Assembly (NCBI GenBank): GCA_002269645.1 | Contig: NIVC01001194.1 | Span: 248,001-312,000 of the forward strand | Direction of reading: 5' to 3' | Source of the DNA: Macrostomum lignano | Lineage: Eukaryota | Length of the DNA: 64,000 nt | Translations under genes and position numbers: made by a program | In this document: piece by piece, positions 1 through 11,056 of the stretch | Layout of the letters: each line of letters opens with the position of its first letter | Numbering within the stretch: the stretch's first letter is position 1 | The notes under the pieces: generated by a model | Databases searched by the model: none | What the model was told of the DNA's origin: nothing | The model's input: only the letters and a program-made list of their open reading frames with translations

Positions 1-260
1 CACTTAAAGACTGAAGTGTCCACTTAAAGACTGAAGTGTCCACTTAAAGACTGAAGTGTCCACTTAAAGACTGAAGTGTCCACTTAAAGACTGAAGTGTC
101 CACTTAAAGACTGAAGTGTCCACTTAAAGACTGAAGTGTCCACTTAAAGACTGAAGTGTCCACTTAAAGACTGAAGTGTCCACTTAAAGACTGAAGTGTC
201 CACTTAAAGACTGAAGTGTCCACTTAAAGACTGAAGTGTCCACTTAAAGACTGAAGTGTC
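1..260. repeat. Perfect 20-bp tandem array (CACTTAAAGACTGAAGTGTC x13), truncated by window edge
   Basis: Directly visible; the reverse complement shares GTCTTTAAGTGGACAC with the array at 4163-4620. Confidence 0.98.
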
Positions 261-305
261 CTCTTAAGGAAATGGGTGTCCAGGACATGCTCCAACTGTC
301 TACTG

Positions 306-550
306 GCATGCGAGCTCAGGCGATTAACTGAAACGGTGGTCCCTGCGGAGTGACTCGCAATTTTTCCAGCAAACTGTCTTTGGTTTTTTGTGCGGGTCAC
401 CTGCGGTTGGGTTATATGTACTTTTATCCTTTCTGCTCTGACATTTTATAGACTTCGGTTTTCAAATTGCCATAATTGATGCACTTTTTAATTCAATGAA
501 ACAGACAAGCGCGTATCTGTGTACACCATCTTTGATAGTTTTTTGCGAAG
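306..550. repeat. Left arm A of diverged inverted repeat (partner 3732-3990)
   Basis: e.g. TGCGGGTCACCTGCGGTTGGGTTATATGTACTTTTATCCTTTCTGC matches the reverse complement of 3844-3900 nearly exactly; similarity continues with indels on both sides. Confidence 0.9.
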
Positions 551-827
551 TAAATTTCTACTAAAGCGAATGTGAGATGCATTTTTGTCTGTTATTGAAT
601 TCATTGAGAGCACGGGTCGGCAGAAGTTTTACCTCAAAGGCCAGATGCGAGTGGAAAGGAGAGGGAATAAGAGAAAGAAGAAGAGATGAGATATGGGATG
701 AGAAAAAAGATAAGATAGGAGGAGAGAAGACGGAAGAGAGGATCGGGGAAGAAGAGAGGGGTAGAAAGGAGAGGAGAGGAGAGGGGAGAAGGGAGAGAAA
801 AGAGGGAACTTGAAGAGACAAAAACCT

Positions 828-933
828 TAAGCGGGCCGGATTGCCATTGTGAAGTTTCAAAGGACCCGAGGGCCGGATTGAGAGGCTTCTCGGGCCGCAT
901 GTGGCCCCGCAGGCCAGAGTTTGCCAACCCCTG
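828..933. mobile_element. Terminal fragment of a hAT(Charlie-like) non-autonomous element
   Basis: Ends CGGGCCGCATGTGGCCC...GTTTGCCAACCCCTG, whose reverse complement CAGGGGTTGGCAAAC resembles Charlie-type hAT termini; the other end was not found. Confidence 0.45.
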
Positions 934-1682
934 ATTTCTTCCTCACTTGGCTGAGTTGTGCCCGTCTATAGGTCAATGCTAGGCCAAAGAAATGCTATAT
1001 GCATATATAGTCATTGGGAGAACATAAAGAAACTTACGGTGAAGCAACACGAACATAGGGTAAATACTGCGTATATTTAATGCATGCAATACATAATATC
1101 ATATTTGGCGCGAAGCAGATCAGATCTTAGTAATCAAGCTGAATGTCACTCATTCAACTACTCACTCAAAGCTGATAGAGACCTTGTTACTGTTGCCACA
1201 CACCTCGATCCGCATCTTCTTTGCCGAGCCGCCCAGACCGACAGTGTGGTCTTCACTGCCAGTGCTAACCTGCGAATGGGCCGACGACTCTGCTGCCGTT
1301 ACGGAGCTCATGCTGACGGAAGTTGTGGCCACGGATTGCACTCCAGCGATGATTTCACTGTGGTGTTTTTGCTGAGTTAGCGAGATGCCAATGTACCGCT
1401 CAGTAGCGGAGCTTCTGTGACGGCTGTGACGTCCATACTTCCTTTAATTTGACACTAGTTCTGCCTGAAGATCATATCAAAAAAGTCTGTCCACACCACC
1501 CTCTGGGGACTCCCTCTCCTATTAATTCAGCATTTTGTAGGCGAATTTCACCCATAGACCAAGTTTGGAAGAAAACCATTCTTTCCGCTTCTGCGCCTCG
1601 GCCAAGGAACCAGCTCTCAACCGGGGAATTCGGGCCAGAGAAGAGAATAAACAGGAAGAACTTAAACAGGAAGAGCAGGGAA

Positions 1683-2060
1683 GAACCCGTTTCAGTTAAG
1701 TTGCAGGGTCTTGATAGTTGCTCCTTGACTTCGGTGTCTGCGCTGTAGCCAGGGGGCGTAGCTAGGGTGTTTACTTGGATGGGTTGTCACAGCCGTTGTG
1801 ATGGGTAAGCACCTGACTGGAGCTGGTGGCCAGGGTGTTCATTGAGTAGTTGCTGCACTCTGCGTTCCGAAAAGCTTCCGAACAAAGGCTTACGACGGCC
1901 GAACACATCAAATAATGGAACTCAGAAGTGGACTCATTTATTAATTTAACAGAGTTTCATTTCAAGACAGTGTTCCGAAGTACAGCTTTGCCAAAGAACC
2001 GACGAGCTTAAAAGGCAGACTTGAGGGAGGCAGAGCAAGCTGAAGATTCCAACAAACAAA
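1683..2060. repeat. Left arm B of diverged inverted repeat (partner 3219-3567)
   Basis: e.g. CCGAAAAGCTTCCGAACAAAGGCTTACGACGGCCGAACA and GGCAGACTTGAGGGAGGCAGA recur reverse-complemented at 3219-3567. Confidence 0.9.
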
Positions 2061-2629
2061 CAACAGGAACAAAGTACCTCAAGCAGTCAGAGGGCGTGTT
2101 CAGCTTCAACAAGACTATCTAAGCACGAAAGCCTTCTGAATCAATCAATTGTAAATACGAAGTACAATTTGTTACGTCAGAGTCGACCGAGACGCGTTGC
2201 GAAATTGCTTAATTATTGCCAAAATTTTAATTCTATGTCTTACTTACTACTGACAGTCCATAGAGTTCCATAGAGAATTAAATTAACTCAAGAAGTTAAG
2301 CCATAGACAATTCCATTTGGCATGCTATATGGAACGATGAACCAGCATAGAAGGAGCTTTGCAGACAACGAGACGCTTTCATTTTATTTCAGTTGATTGA
2401 GTTCAGCTAAAATGGCGCGAAAAAGAGCCGTCAACTTAAGCTCACAAAGTGGAGCCTGAGTAACTTATGTACACAAATGATACGTCATTCTGCTCACAGT
2501 GCCATCAGAAATCTGCGTTTGTCAAAAAAGTGACAAAAATAGACTTGTCAACAATTTAGAGACTATTATGTCAACTTAAGCTCAAATGCAGAGTCTCTAA
2601 TTATCCTTTTGCTTGTTCTCCCCTATCCC

Positions 2630-2950
2630 AAGTCCGATTTTCGTCGCTTCTTTGCTCCACTTTATGAGCTCAAGTTGACAGGCACTTTCTGTACGTAATT
2701 GAAAGCGTATCGTCGCTGCCTTGCACCGTCCTGACTTTACGGTTTGCATGGCAGTTGCTTCGGAGTTCGGGCTGGTACATTCTGTCATCCAGAGATGTGG
2801 CCAATTGCAATAAAGATTTAAGGACTTTTTAGACCACCTAGCGGCCGCCGTCACCAAAAAATGGACCCTAACCGAAACTGAGTAATTTTTTCGGATGGCC
2901 CAAATTTTTTCACCAAAACGTGACGATCCCAAAGAACCATTGTGCATACG
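2630..2950 (+). pseudogene. Possible decayed IS630/Tc1-like DDE transposase fragment
   Basis: One frame with stops reads ...RPDFTVCMAVASEFGLVHSVIQRCGQLQ*RFKDFLDHLAAAV..., resembling the DDE_3 core pattern; catalytic Asp residues not recognisable. Confidence 0.28.
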
Positions 2951-3218
2951 CTCGTAGCACGACAAAAACTATACCATATTGTTCTTAAAAATTTTGTTCG
3001 ATATTTCTAGATAGGCGTGTAAACTTTTCCTTTCTGCTTTATCAAAACTTTTTAATACTTGAAGTATCCTGTAGCCAGAGTTAGAATCGGCCAGCTTGCT
3101 CTCTGTGCCAGCTCTCAAGCCTTCCTGTAAGCACGTGAATAAGACGTGAGCACCATATTTTCTCACAGGTGGTTTTTTGCCGAAGTTCCAGGTATTCAGA
3201 TGGTCACTCATCGCAACG

Positions 3219-3567
3219 GTTGCTGGTTTGTCGGAATGTCAGCTTGTTCTGCCTCCCTCAAGTCTGCCTGGTAAAAGCTTTACTTCGATACACCGTCTTG
3301 AAATGAACCTCCGTTAAATTAATAAATGAGTCCATTTTTGAGCTCAATTATTTGATGAGTTCTGTTCGGCCGTCGTAGGCCTTTGTTCGGAAGCTTTTCG
3401 GAGCGCAGAGTGAAGCAACTAATCAATGAACACCCTGGTCGCCAGCTGCTGTCAGATGCTTACCCATCACAACTTCCGTGGCACCCCATCCAAGTGCAAA
3501 CCAAACACCGAAGCCAAGGAGCACCTTGCAACTAGCAAAGACTCTGCAAATTAACTGTAACGGGTTC
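3219..3567. repeat. Right arm B' of inverted repeat
   Basis: Reverse-complement match to 1683-2060. Confidence 0.9.
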
Positions 3568-3731
3568 GTTCCAGGTCTGCCGTGCCTTTGGCCTCAGCTG
3601 CGCCACCACACTGTCCTGATTTCACCAGTAAGATACATGTAGGCTCTAGGTAAGCAAGCATTCAGTCTAAATTAATTCAATAGCCGTAGAGCAGAGAAAG
3701 CGCAGTTCAATTTCGATTCAGTTAAAAGTTC

Positions 3732-3990
3732 CTTCGCAGAAAAATCTAAGTTAGTGTAAGTGGATATGCACTTGTCTGTTTTATTGAATTGAAAAGTGCA
3801 TCAGGTATAGCAATTTTAAAACCGAAGTCTAGAAAGTGTCAGTGCAGAAAGGATAAAAGTACATATAACCCACCCGCAGGTGACCCGCACAAAAAAACCA
3901 CCAACAGTTCAGTGGAAAAAAATGCGAGTCACTCCGCAGGTGGTCGAGCGGTGCAGCCGCAGTTTCAGTTAATCGTCTGTGCTTGCATGC
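3732..3990. repeat. Right arm A' of inverted repeat
   Basis: Reverse-complement match to 306-550. Confidence 0.9.
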
Positions 3991-4162
3991 GCCTACAGGA
4001 GTTTCACCTGTTGGCTGCTTGTAGAACAGGTCGATCGGTGATGGACGAGTGCAGCACTCTTTGTGGGCGAATGAAATGACAAATAATATTCCTAGCTAAT
4101 AATATTAGCTAGTAAATAATAGTGAATATTAGTGGTGGAATCTGCGGCAGTGGCAATCTCAG

Positions 4163-4620
4163 TTTCAAGTGGACACCCCTGTCTTTAAGTGGACACCCCT
4201 GTCTTGAAGTGGACACCCGGCCCTTTCTTTAAGTGGACACCCAGGTCTTTAAGTGGGCACCCCAGTCTTTAAGTGGACACCCCTGTATTCAAGAGGACAC
4301 CCCTGTCTTAAAATGGATACCCCTGTCTTTAAGTGGACATCCTGTCTTTAATTGGACACCCCTGTCTTCAACTGGACATCCCTGTCTTTAACTGGACATC
4401 CCATCTTTAAGTGGACACCACTGTCTTCAAGTGGACACCCCTGTCTTCAACTGGACATCCCTGTCTTTAACTGGACATCCCTATCTTTAAGTGGACACCA
4501 CTGTCTTCAAGTGGACACTCCTGTCTTAAAATGGACACCCCTGTCTTGAAATGGACACCCCTTTCATCAAGTGGACACCCCTTTCTTTAAGTGGACACCC
4601 GTCTTTAAGTGGACACCCCA
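4163..4620. repeat. Degenerate ~20-bp tandem array (AAGTGGACACCCCTGTCTTT), inverted relative of the array at 1-260
   Basis: Directly visible; shares GTCTTTAAGTGGACAC with the reverse complement of the 1-260 unit. Confidence 0.95.
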
Positions 4621-4922
4621 GTCCCCTCCACTCCTTAAGTGGTCTACAGTTTTAGCAATTAAGGTGAGGATAGAAGGAAAAAAATGTTTTGATTTTCAAG
4701 AGGCTGCAAAAAAATAACAGAAAAAAATGGCATACTTCGTATTTTTGACAGTAGAATGAATTTTAATTGACAGAATTAAAACTAAATTAAAATTAGAATT
4801 ATTTGACAGAGCATAGGTAAATATCAAAGAAATTGTAGTTTTGCAATTTACTACGTAGGATTGCAGAGACAGCAAAAATTGATAGTTTTAAACACGCAAG
4901 CACTTCAACTGACACACATAGA

Positions 4923-5180
4923 CTGCTCACCCCCACCCTACAGCTCCCTGCTCACCCCACACTACAGCTCCCTGCTCACCCCACACTACAGCTCCCTGCT
5001 CACCCCACACTACAGCTCCCTGCTCACCCCCACCCTACAGCTCCCTGCTCACCCCACCCTACAGCTCCCTGCTCACCCCACACTACAGCTCCCTGCTCAC
5101 CCCACCCTACAGCTCCCTGCTCACCCCACCCTACGGCTCCCTGCTCACCCCACCCTACGGCTCCCTGCTCACCCCAAACT
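4923..5180. repeat. 24-bp tandem array (CCCTGCTCACCCCACACTACAGCT)
   Basis: Directly visible. Confidence 0.95.
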
Positions 5181-5289
5181 ACATCTCCTAACTCAACACC
5201 ACTCTACACCCGGTTCCAACATATCGCTGCTCATCCTACTCTAGATCTGCCTCCTCAACCTTTTCTAGATCTGTCTGGTCACCCTACCT

Positions 5290-5675
5290 TAGCTGTGCCT
5301 GCTCAACCTACTCTAGATCTGCATGCTCAACCTACTCTATATCTGCCTGCTCACCCTACTCTATATCTGCCTGCTCAACCTACTCTATATCTGCCTGCTC
5401 GCCCTACTCTATATCTGCCTGCTCACCCTACTCTATATCTGCCTGCTCACCCTACTCTATATCTGCCTGCTCACCCTACTCTATATCTGCCTGCTCACCC
5501 TACTCTATATCTGCCTGCTCACCCTACTCTATATCTGCCTGCTCAACCTACTCTATATCTGCCTGCTCGCCCTACTCTATATCTGCCTGCTCACCCTACT
5601 CTATATCTGCCTGCTCACCCTACTCTATATCTGCCTGCTCACCCTACTCTATATCTGCATGCTCAACCTACTCTA
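5290..5675. repeat. 24-bp tandem array (GCCTGCTCACCCTACTCTATATCT) immediately downstream of the GRD gene stop codon
   Basis: Directly visible; unit related to the 4923-5180 unit. Confidence 0.95.
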
Positions 5676-5682
5676 TCACGAA

Positions 5683-6473
5683 CTAAGTGCACAGTGAACT
5701 GTCAGCTCTTGCGATGAGAACTTTTCCGTTTGATTCGGTGTTGCCGCCATCCTGGCCAGCAGGGTTCTTGCCAGCTGCGTAGCTGCCACCGCCGCCGCCG
5801 CCTGCAGCATTTGTTTTTGCACCGACGCCACCGCAACCACCTGTGTAGCCACCACCACCGCCGCCTCCACCTTTATTAGCACCACTTGTCGCTCCACCGC
5901 CACCGCCACCACCGTAACCACCAAAGCCGACGCTATTATGCCCAGAATTGCCACCTGTCCAGTGTCCTAAAGCACTTCTCCCTGCATAACCTCCTTTATC
6001 GTCTTCAGTTGCGGCACCAGCATCACCAGGAGAGTTCCAACCGGCTCCACCTGCGCCAGACCTTGCCGCTGGCGGACCGGCCCCTCCGCTTCCTTCGGTT
6101 GAGCCGCTGCAGGAGCCACCTGGGCCATCTGTGCCATCGCTTCCGGTATTCGAACTGCTGCCATCGCCTCCGCCTCCTCCGCCACCGGCCACAAGAAGCA
6201 GCTGCTTTGGGTTATTATTTATGTACACAAAGGTGCCGCCGCCTCCGCCTCCGCCTCCTCCGCCATCATTGCCAGGCTTTCCAATAACAATGGTCAGCGT
6301 CTCCGATAGGGTAAAGTAGGCCTCTTTAAAAGCACCTTTGCCACCTGATGCGCTTGAACCGGAATCGCCACCTTTTGCACCGAATGCGGAGATTCGGTAG
6401 CAGGCGTTTGCTTCAGGCGGTGTAAAGGTCGAAAGCGTTCCTGTTTGACTGGCTGCTGCAGAACCGCTTGCTT
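5683..6473 (-). CDS. Exon 2 of secreted PAN-mucin-GRD protein: ALK/LTK-type glycine-rich domain
   Basis: Acceptor ctttcag at 6474-6480, phase 1. Reads EASGS...YRISAFGAKGG...GGKGA...LTIVIGKPG...GGGGGTFVY...LLLVAGGGGG...GGGGGGSY...GN..SNGKVLI, matching the ALK/LTK Gly-rich domain pattern; stop at 5683. Confidence 0.85.
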
Positions 6474-6591
6474 CTGAAAGAATTTTTGCGATATTTGAGC
6501 AGATACATTAAATATAAGTGCATAGAGTGCATTACTTAGATGCTGTCGTTAAGTAATAATCAGACATTTACATTATTAGTTGTCTACTCAC

Positions 6592-7804
6592 CAGTAAAAG
6601 CCACGGGAGCATTCGTTGTAGTAGTAGTAGTAGTAGTAGTAGTAGTCGGAGTCGTAGTAGTAGTAGTCGGAGTCGTAGTAGTGGTAGTCGGAGTCGTAGT
6701 AGTGGTAGTCGGAGTCGTAGTAGTAGTAGTCGGAGTCGTAGTAGTGGTGGTCGGAGTCGTAGTAGTGGTGGTCGGAGTCGTAGTAGTAGTAGTCGGAGTC
6801 GTAGTAGTAGTAGTCGGAGTCGTAGTAGTGGTAGTCGGAGTCGTAGTAGTGGTAGTCGGAGTCGTAGTAGTAGTAGTCGGAGTCGTAGTAGTGGTGGTCG
6901 GAGTCGTAGTAGTGGTGGTCGGAGTCGTAGTAGTAGTAGTCGGAGTCGTAGTGGTGGTAGTCGGAGTCGTAGTAGTGGTAGTCGGAGTCGTAGTAGTAGT
7001 AGTCGGAGTCGTAGTAGTAGTAGTCGGAGTCGTAGTAGTGGTAGTCGGAGTCGTAGTAGTGGTAGTCGGAGTCGTAGTAGTAGTAGTCGGAGTCGTAGTA
7101 GTGGTGGTCGGAGTCGTAGTAGTGGTGGTCGGAGTCGTAGTAGTAGTAGTCGGAGTCGTAGTGGTGGTAGTCGGAGTCGTAGTAGTGGTAGTCGGAGTCG
7201 TAGTGGTGGTAGTCGGAGTCGTAGTAGTGGTGGTCGGAGTCGTAGTAGTAGTAGTCGTAGTCGTAGTGGTGGTAGTCGGAGTCGTAGTGGTGGTAGTCGG
7301 AGTCGTAGTGGTGGTAGTCGGAGTCGTAGTGGTGGTAGTCGGAGTCGTAGTAGTAGTAGTCGGAGTCGTAGTAGTGGTAGTCAGCGTCGCCGCAGTGGTA
7401 GCCGGAGTCGCCGCAGTTGCAGTCGACGTTGCACCAGTTGTGGTCGGAGCTGCAGTGCTCACCGAAGCATTCTCACAATCTGCTCTGTGTCGCAGCACCT
7501 GCGTGTAGCAGACCGGTCCGCTACTGAGCTGCCAATAAAGCAGCAGGTCGCAGCTGCTTCCAAGAATGCACGATCGGTTGCTTGGCCAGAACTCATAGAC
7601 TGAGCACAGTGTCGTGTTGCTCGCGCACTCGACAGCGCACACTCGAGAATCGACAACCCCGACGATTTTGCGCTGCTGTCCGCCAGCTGCAGTCGCTGTC
7701 GCGGCATTGTAGCACAGGTCCGGCCTCTTGTCGAAGACAAAAGATATGCCATCGGCTAATGCAATCAGGACTGCCAAAGTTATGACAGCGTCGTGTGCTG
7801 GCAT
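6592..7804 (-). CDS. Exon 1 of secreted PAN-mucin-GRD protein: signal peptide, PAN/Apple-like Cys module, ~250-aa PTTTTTT stalk
   Basis: ATG 7804; hydrophobic N-terminus VITLAVLIALADG; CAVECASNTTLCSVYEF...CIL PAN-like pattern; donor G|gtgagt at 6591, phase 1 matches exon 2; spliced product ~667 aa. Confidence 0.85.
6617..7381. repeat. Exonic 21-bp tandem array encoding PTTTTTT
   Basis: GTCGGAGTCGTAGTAGT(A/G)GT(A/G) repeated about 36 times. Confidence 0.97.
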
Positions 7805-7953
7805 TCTAGGATGCTGTCAGCTGTCTGGGTAGATTGGTGGACGCTTCTGTTAGGAGACTGGAAGAGTTCAATAGCCAAGAAGTCGCTTGGAAATGAAGCA
7901 ACTCAAGCAATTGCTGCTCTAAAAAAGACTCAAGCAGTCTTATGAATTTTCTG

Positions 7954-8190
7954 TTACTTTAATTCCCGTTGGCTGCGCTCTAGCGGGCTCTCCGTGGTGG
8001 CAGTTATCGCCATGGAAACCAGCTCAAGACAGTAGATGTCAGATGTCAGTAGAGCGAGAAACTTGTCCCATGCCGTGTGAGCGTTATAATTCTCGATGCA
8101 GTGGGCTTCATTGACAAAACGGAGCCCAACTAGTCTGGATGTCGCCAACTGGACAATGCCTCTTCAAACCCAATTGACAGAAGGCAGTCG
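7954..8190 (-). pseudogene. Possible RecQ-like helicase fragment (motifs II-III)
   Basis: LRFVNEAHCI...MAITAT has 32 residues between (D/N)EAH and TAT, close to RecQ DEAHC...MALTAT spacing; motif I not found; flanked by stops. Confidence 0.25.
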
Positions 8191-9211
8191 CTGCAGCCAC
8201 TGCATGATGTCTCTCCGCTGCATACCTGCTGCAACCTGACGGTGGGATGCTTCAAGCTGCCTTTGAGTGAAAAATGATTTATTTTTACTCTGGAAGGATG
8301 GTTCTTATTGAGCATACTTGAGTATTGCTGTTGAGTAAGCTTAGTCTAGCCCAGAAACTGCCGTCAGCATTTACTTTCTGGACTGCTTTTAACTTGTTCC
8401 CTGCAAAACGAAGACTAGAAGATTGTTGCAAGAGTGCCTGCTCAAAGCCTTCAATGTCATCGCTGCTTCTCTCACAGTTCCAGTTCCAGAAGCAAATTCT
8501 GCGGTAGTAGAACAGGGATTCTCTTGGCTACCAACTGCCTTAGTTGTTTCCAGCTAAAATACTGCATGGGGAACTTCCATTTACTTCATTAGCTGCCAGA
8601 AAGTTAACGGAAATTTCCGCATCTTTTGACTAGAAAGCAAAGCATCCAGCTAATTAACGGGTTTTTCAGTGACGGGGAGCATTTAATTTTCTTTTACTTC
8701 TAGTAGCAAAAGTAGAATTACTATACATGTACGAACGTGCCCATTTACACCAGCCCGTTCACATCACTAAAACAACAATTTTGGCATCTCTTCTGTATTG
8801 TTTTGTGAAGCTCGATAATTTTAAATGCTATAGCATACACTTTGCCCGAGTTGGTTTTCCTGTTGGGCTTGTGTGCACAAAATGGACTTATTTGAGGGTT
8901 GTCGAGTGCACGATTCACAGCCAATGAGGGCCAAGTCCTAAAGCACTGAGTGCAAATGTACATGTTTAACACAGTATTGCGCATATAGCGCGCTTGTACA
9001 GGTACAGCTGGTGCATGTGCTCAGCAGGAGGTCAGTGGATAGGCAGCTAGAATTGGTGGTACGATTTTGCCCGCGCCATCAAACCAGTTAATCTACTAAA
9101 TTAGATCAGATCTGAAAAAACCAGTTAGCTTATAATATAGACTTCGCGGCCCACTAGCATAGTCCACTACTAATATGCATTGAAATGGACTATGTACAAT
9201 ATGCATACATG

Positions 9212-9458
9212 CAGTGGCGGATCTAGAGTTTCATTTGGGGGGGGGGCGGTCCAAGTTTTGGGCGCCAACACGAGTAAGGGGCGCCAATTTTTAAGCTAGG
9301 GGGCGCAAAAATGCGTGTAGGGGGCGAAAAATCAAGCTTAAGGCAAGGGGCGCAAACTTAATTAGGTTTTTTGGGGGGCGCAATATGTTCTGAAGCTATA
9401 TTTTAAGGGGGTGGGGGTGGGGCGGCGCCTCTACATACGCCCTACATGTACGCCCCTA
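9212..9458. mobile_element. MITE-like remnant
   Basis: Starts CAGTGGCGGATCTAG, has G-run GGGGCGC motifs, ends CATGTACGCCCCT (reverse complement AGGGGCGTACATG), a degenerate inverted terminus. Confidence 0.4.
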
Positions 9459-10986
9459 CATACTTGTACCTATAGAATAAAGACTTAAAGAGTACCGCAT
9501 GCAATTCAAGCATTTTTATTACAATGTACATGTGCATGTATTACAAAATACAAAAAAGTTCAGCCAATGACACTTGTGAGTATATTTACAACGTGTATGA
9601 ACAAGACAACATGATGAACATAAGTCAAAATACTCAACGATCACTGGTACATTGTATATTTTTAAAGGAAAAGAAATCATCATACTTCGGCCTTAAAAAA
9701 ATTCTTTGGGTGTACGAGTATAATGTATTATAGCGTCATGAGTGCAGTAGAGTCAAGCTGGCTTACGCGTGCGTACGTTTGCGCGTCCAGTCTCTGCATG
9801 AGGCACACGGCCTTGCAGTGACGCTGATGCCTTTGTGAACTTACCGCGTATTTTAATTGTTTTCTAGCCGTGGCTGCGAGATGCTTCTTTCAATTGGGGC
9901 CATGCAATTAAAGAAAGTGAAAGATAATTGTGCAAAAATGAAGCTGCAGAGGCAGTCAAATATTCAAAAAAGTTAAATATTTATACGGCTTTATTTTTGG
10001 AAGATCCGAACCGATTCTGGTTCAAGGACCACTTTATATAGCACACACACTGTATATACAGTGTGGTCCTTGGTGAAAAGCCTAAAATAGCCTTTAGGTG
10101 ATACTGTATGTGTAAATATTACCAAAATAATTTAAAAACCCAAAGAAGCCTTTTAACTTACATTTATATTACCTTTAGCTTTGGCAATAAACCTGTTAGC
10201 AAAGATTAGGTTTAATTGTTAAAACATTTTGTTTTAATATGTGAACTAAAACAATTCAAACTTACAAATCCAGGAATGGACCGCGCCCTAGCTTAAGCTT
10301 AGCCATTGCAGAGTACGTAGGAACGTAGGGCTTGTTGGCATCATGCGATTGTACCGAGTGACCTGAATTCGCCAACTTTATAAGATAAGGCCGATCGCTT
10401 TTATAAGTAACAGGTAGCCTAGGAGGAGTTATCGAACATACACACATAGTACATATACACATACACACAAGTGACACAATCACATACAATACAAACAATG
10501 CTATGCCATGCCTATACTTATATTTATATGTAATATTTATGTAGAATGCGTAGCAAATATAACGACCTAAAGTAAAATCTTTCTAAAAATCAAAGTCCCT
10601 ATGTTTAAACTTCAAAGATAAAGATTGAAATAACAATGAAAGAAAACGAACCCTGACATTTAGTTGAAAAGGAGTCAAGTATTGAGTAGGGCCTAACATT
10701 TTGTATCTATGACTTACCTTTGTAACAGGCATTCTTGAGCCTGAACCAAGAAATAGTCAAAATTGATTTATTTTAAAATTTGTGTATTTTAGAATCTAGG
10801 CCTATTTTGAATTATAAATTTGTTTCATTCAGGTCTTCATTTTAAGGCCTAATTTTATTTATTATTAATATGGAGTACTTATGGGCATCAGGCATGGTGG
10901 CCATGTCTATAATATTGGAGCTTATAGGCACAGCTAAAATCATCAATATAAAATGTGTGCTCTGTAGGGCTCTCTTATAATCAAAT

Positions 10987-11056
10987 AGTGGCTTAGTGAA
11001 TAGGCTTAAGACGATTGCTCTGAGATTGCGTGTAGCAAGGTTTAAATCCCAAGTAG
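10987..11056 (+). mobile_element. Decayed tRNA-derived (Pol III) head, probably an old SINE
   Basis: A-box-like TGGCTTAGTG and B-box-like GGTTTAAATCCC (GGTTCGAATCCC with CG changed to TA) at tRNA-like spacing. Confidence 0.45.

Noticed and set aside
3470-3520. Cys/His-rich peptide WLRCLVCTWMGCHGSCDG in inverted arm B
   Set aside because: PHD-like by eye but incomplete, stop-flanked and disrupted in the partner arm
6540-7508. 322-aa poly-Val ORF on + strand
   Set aside because: Antisense shadow of the Thr-repeat exon
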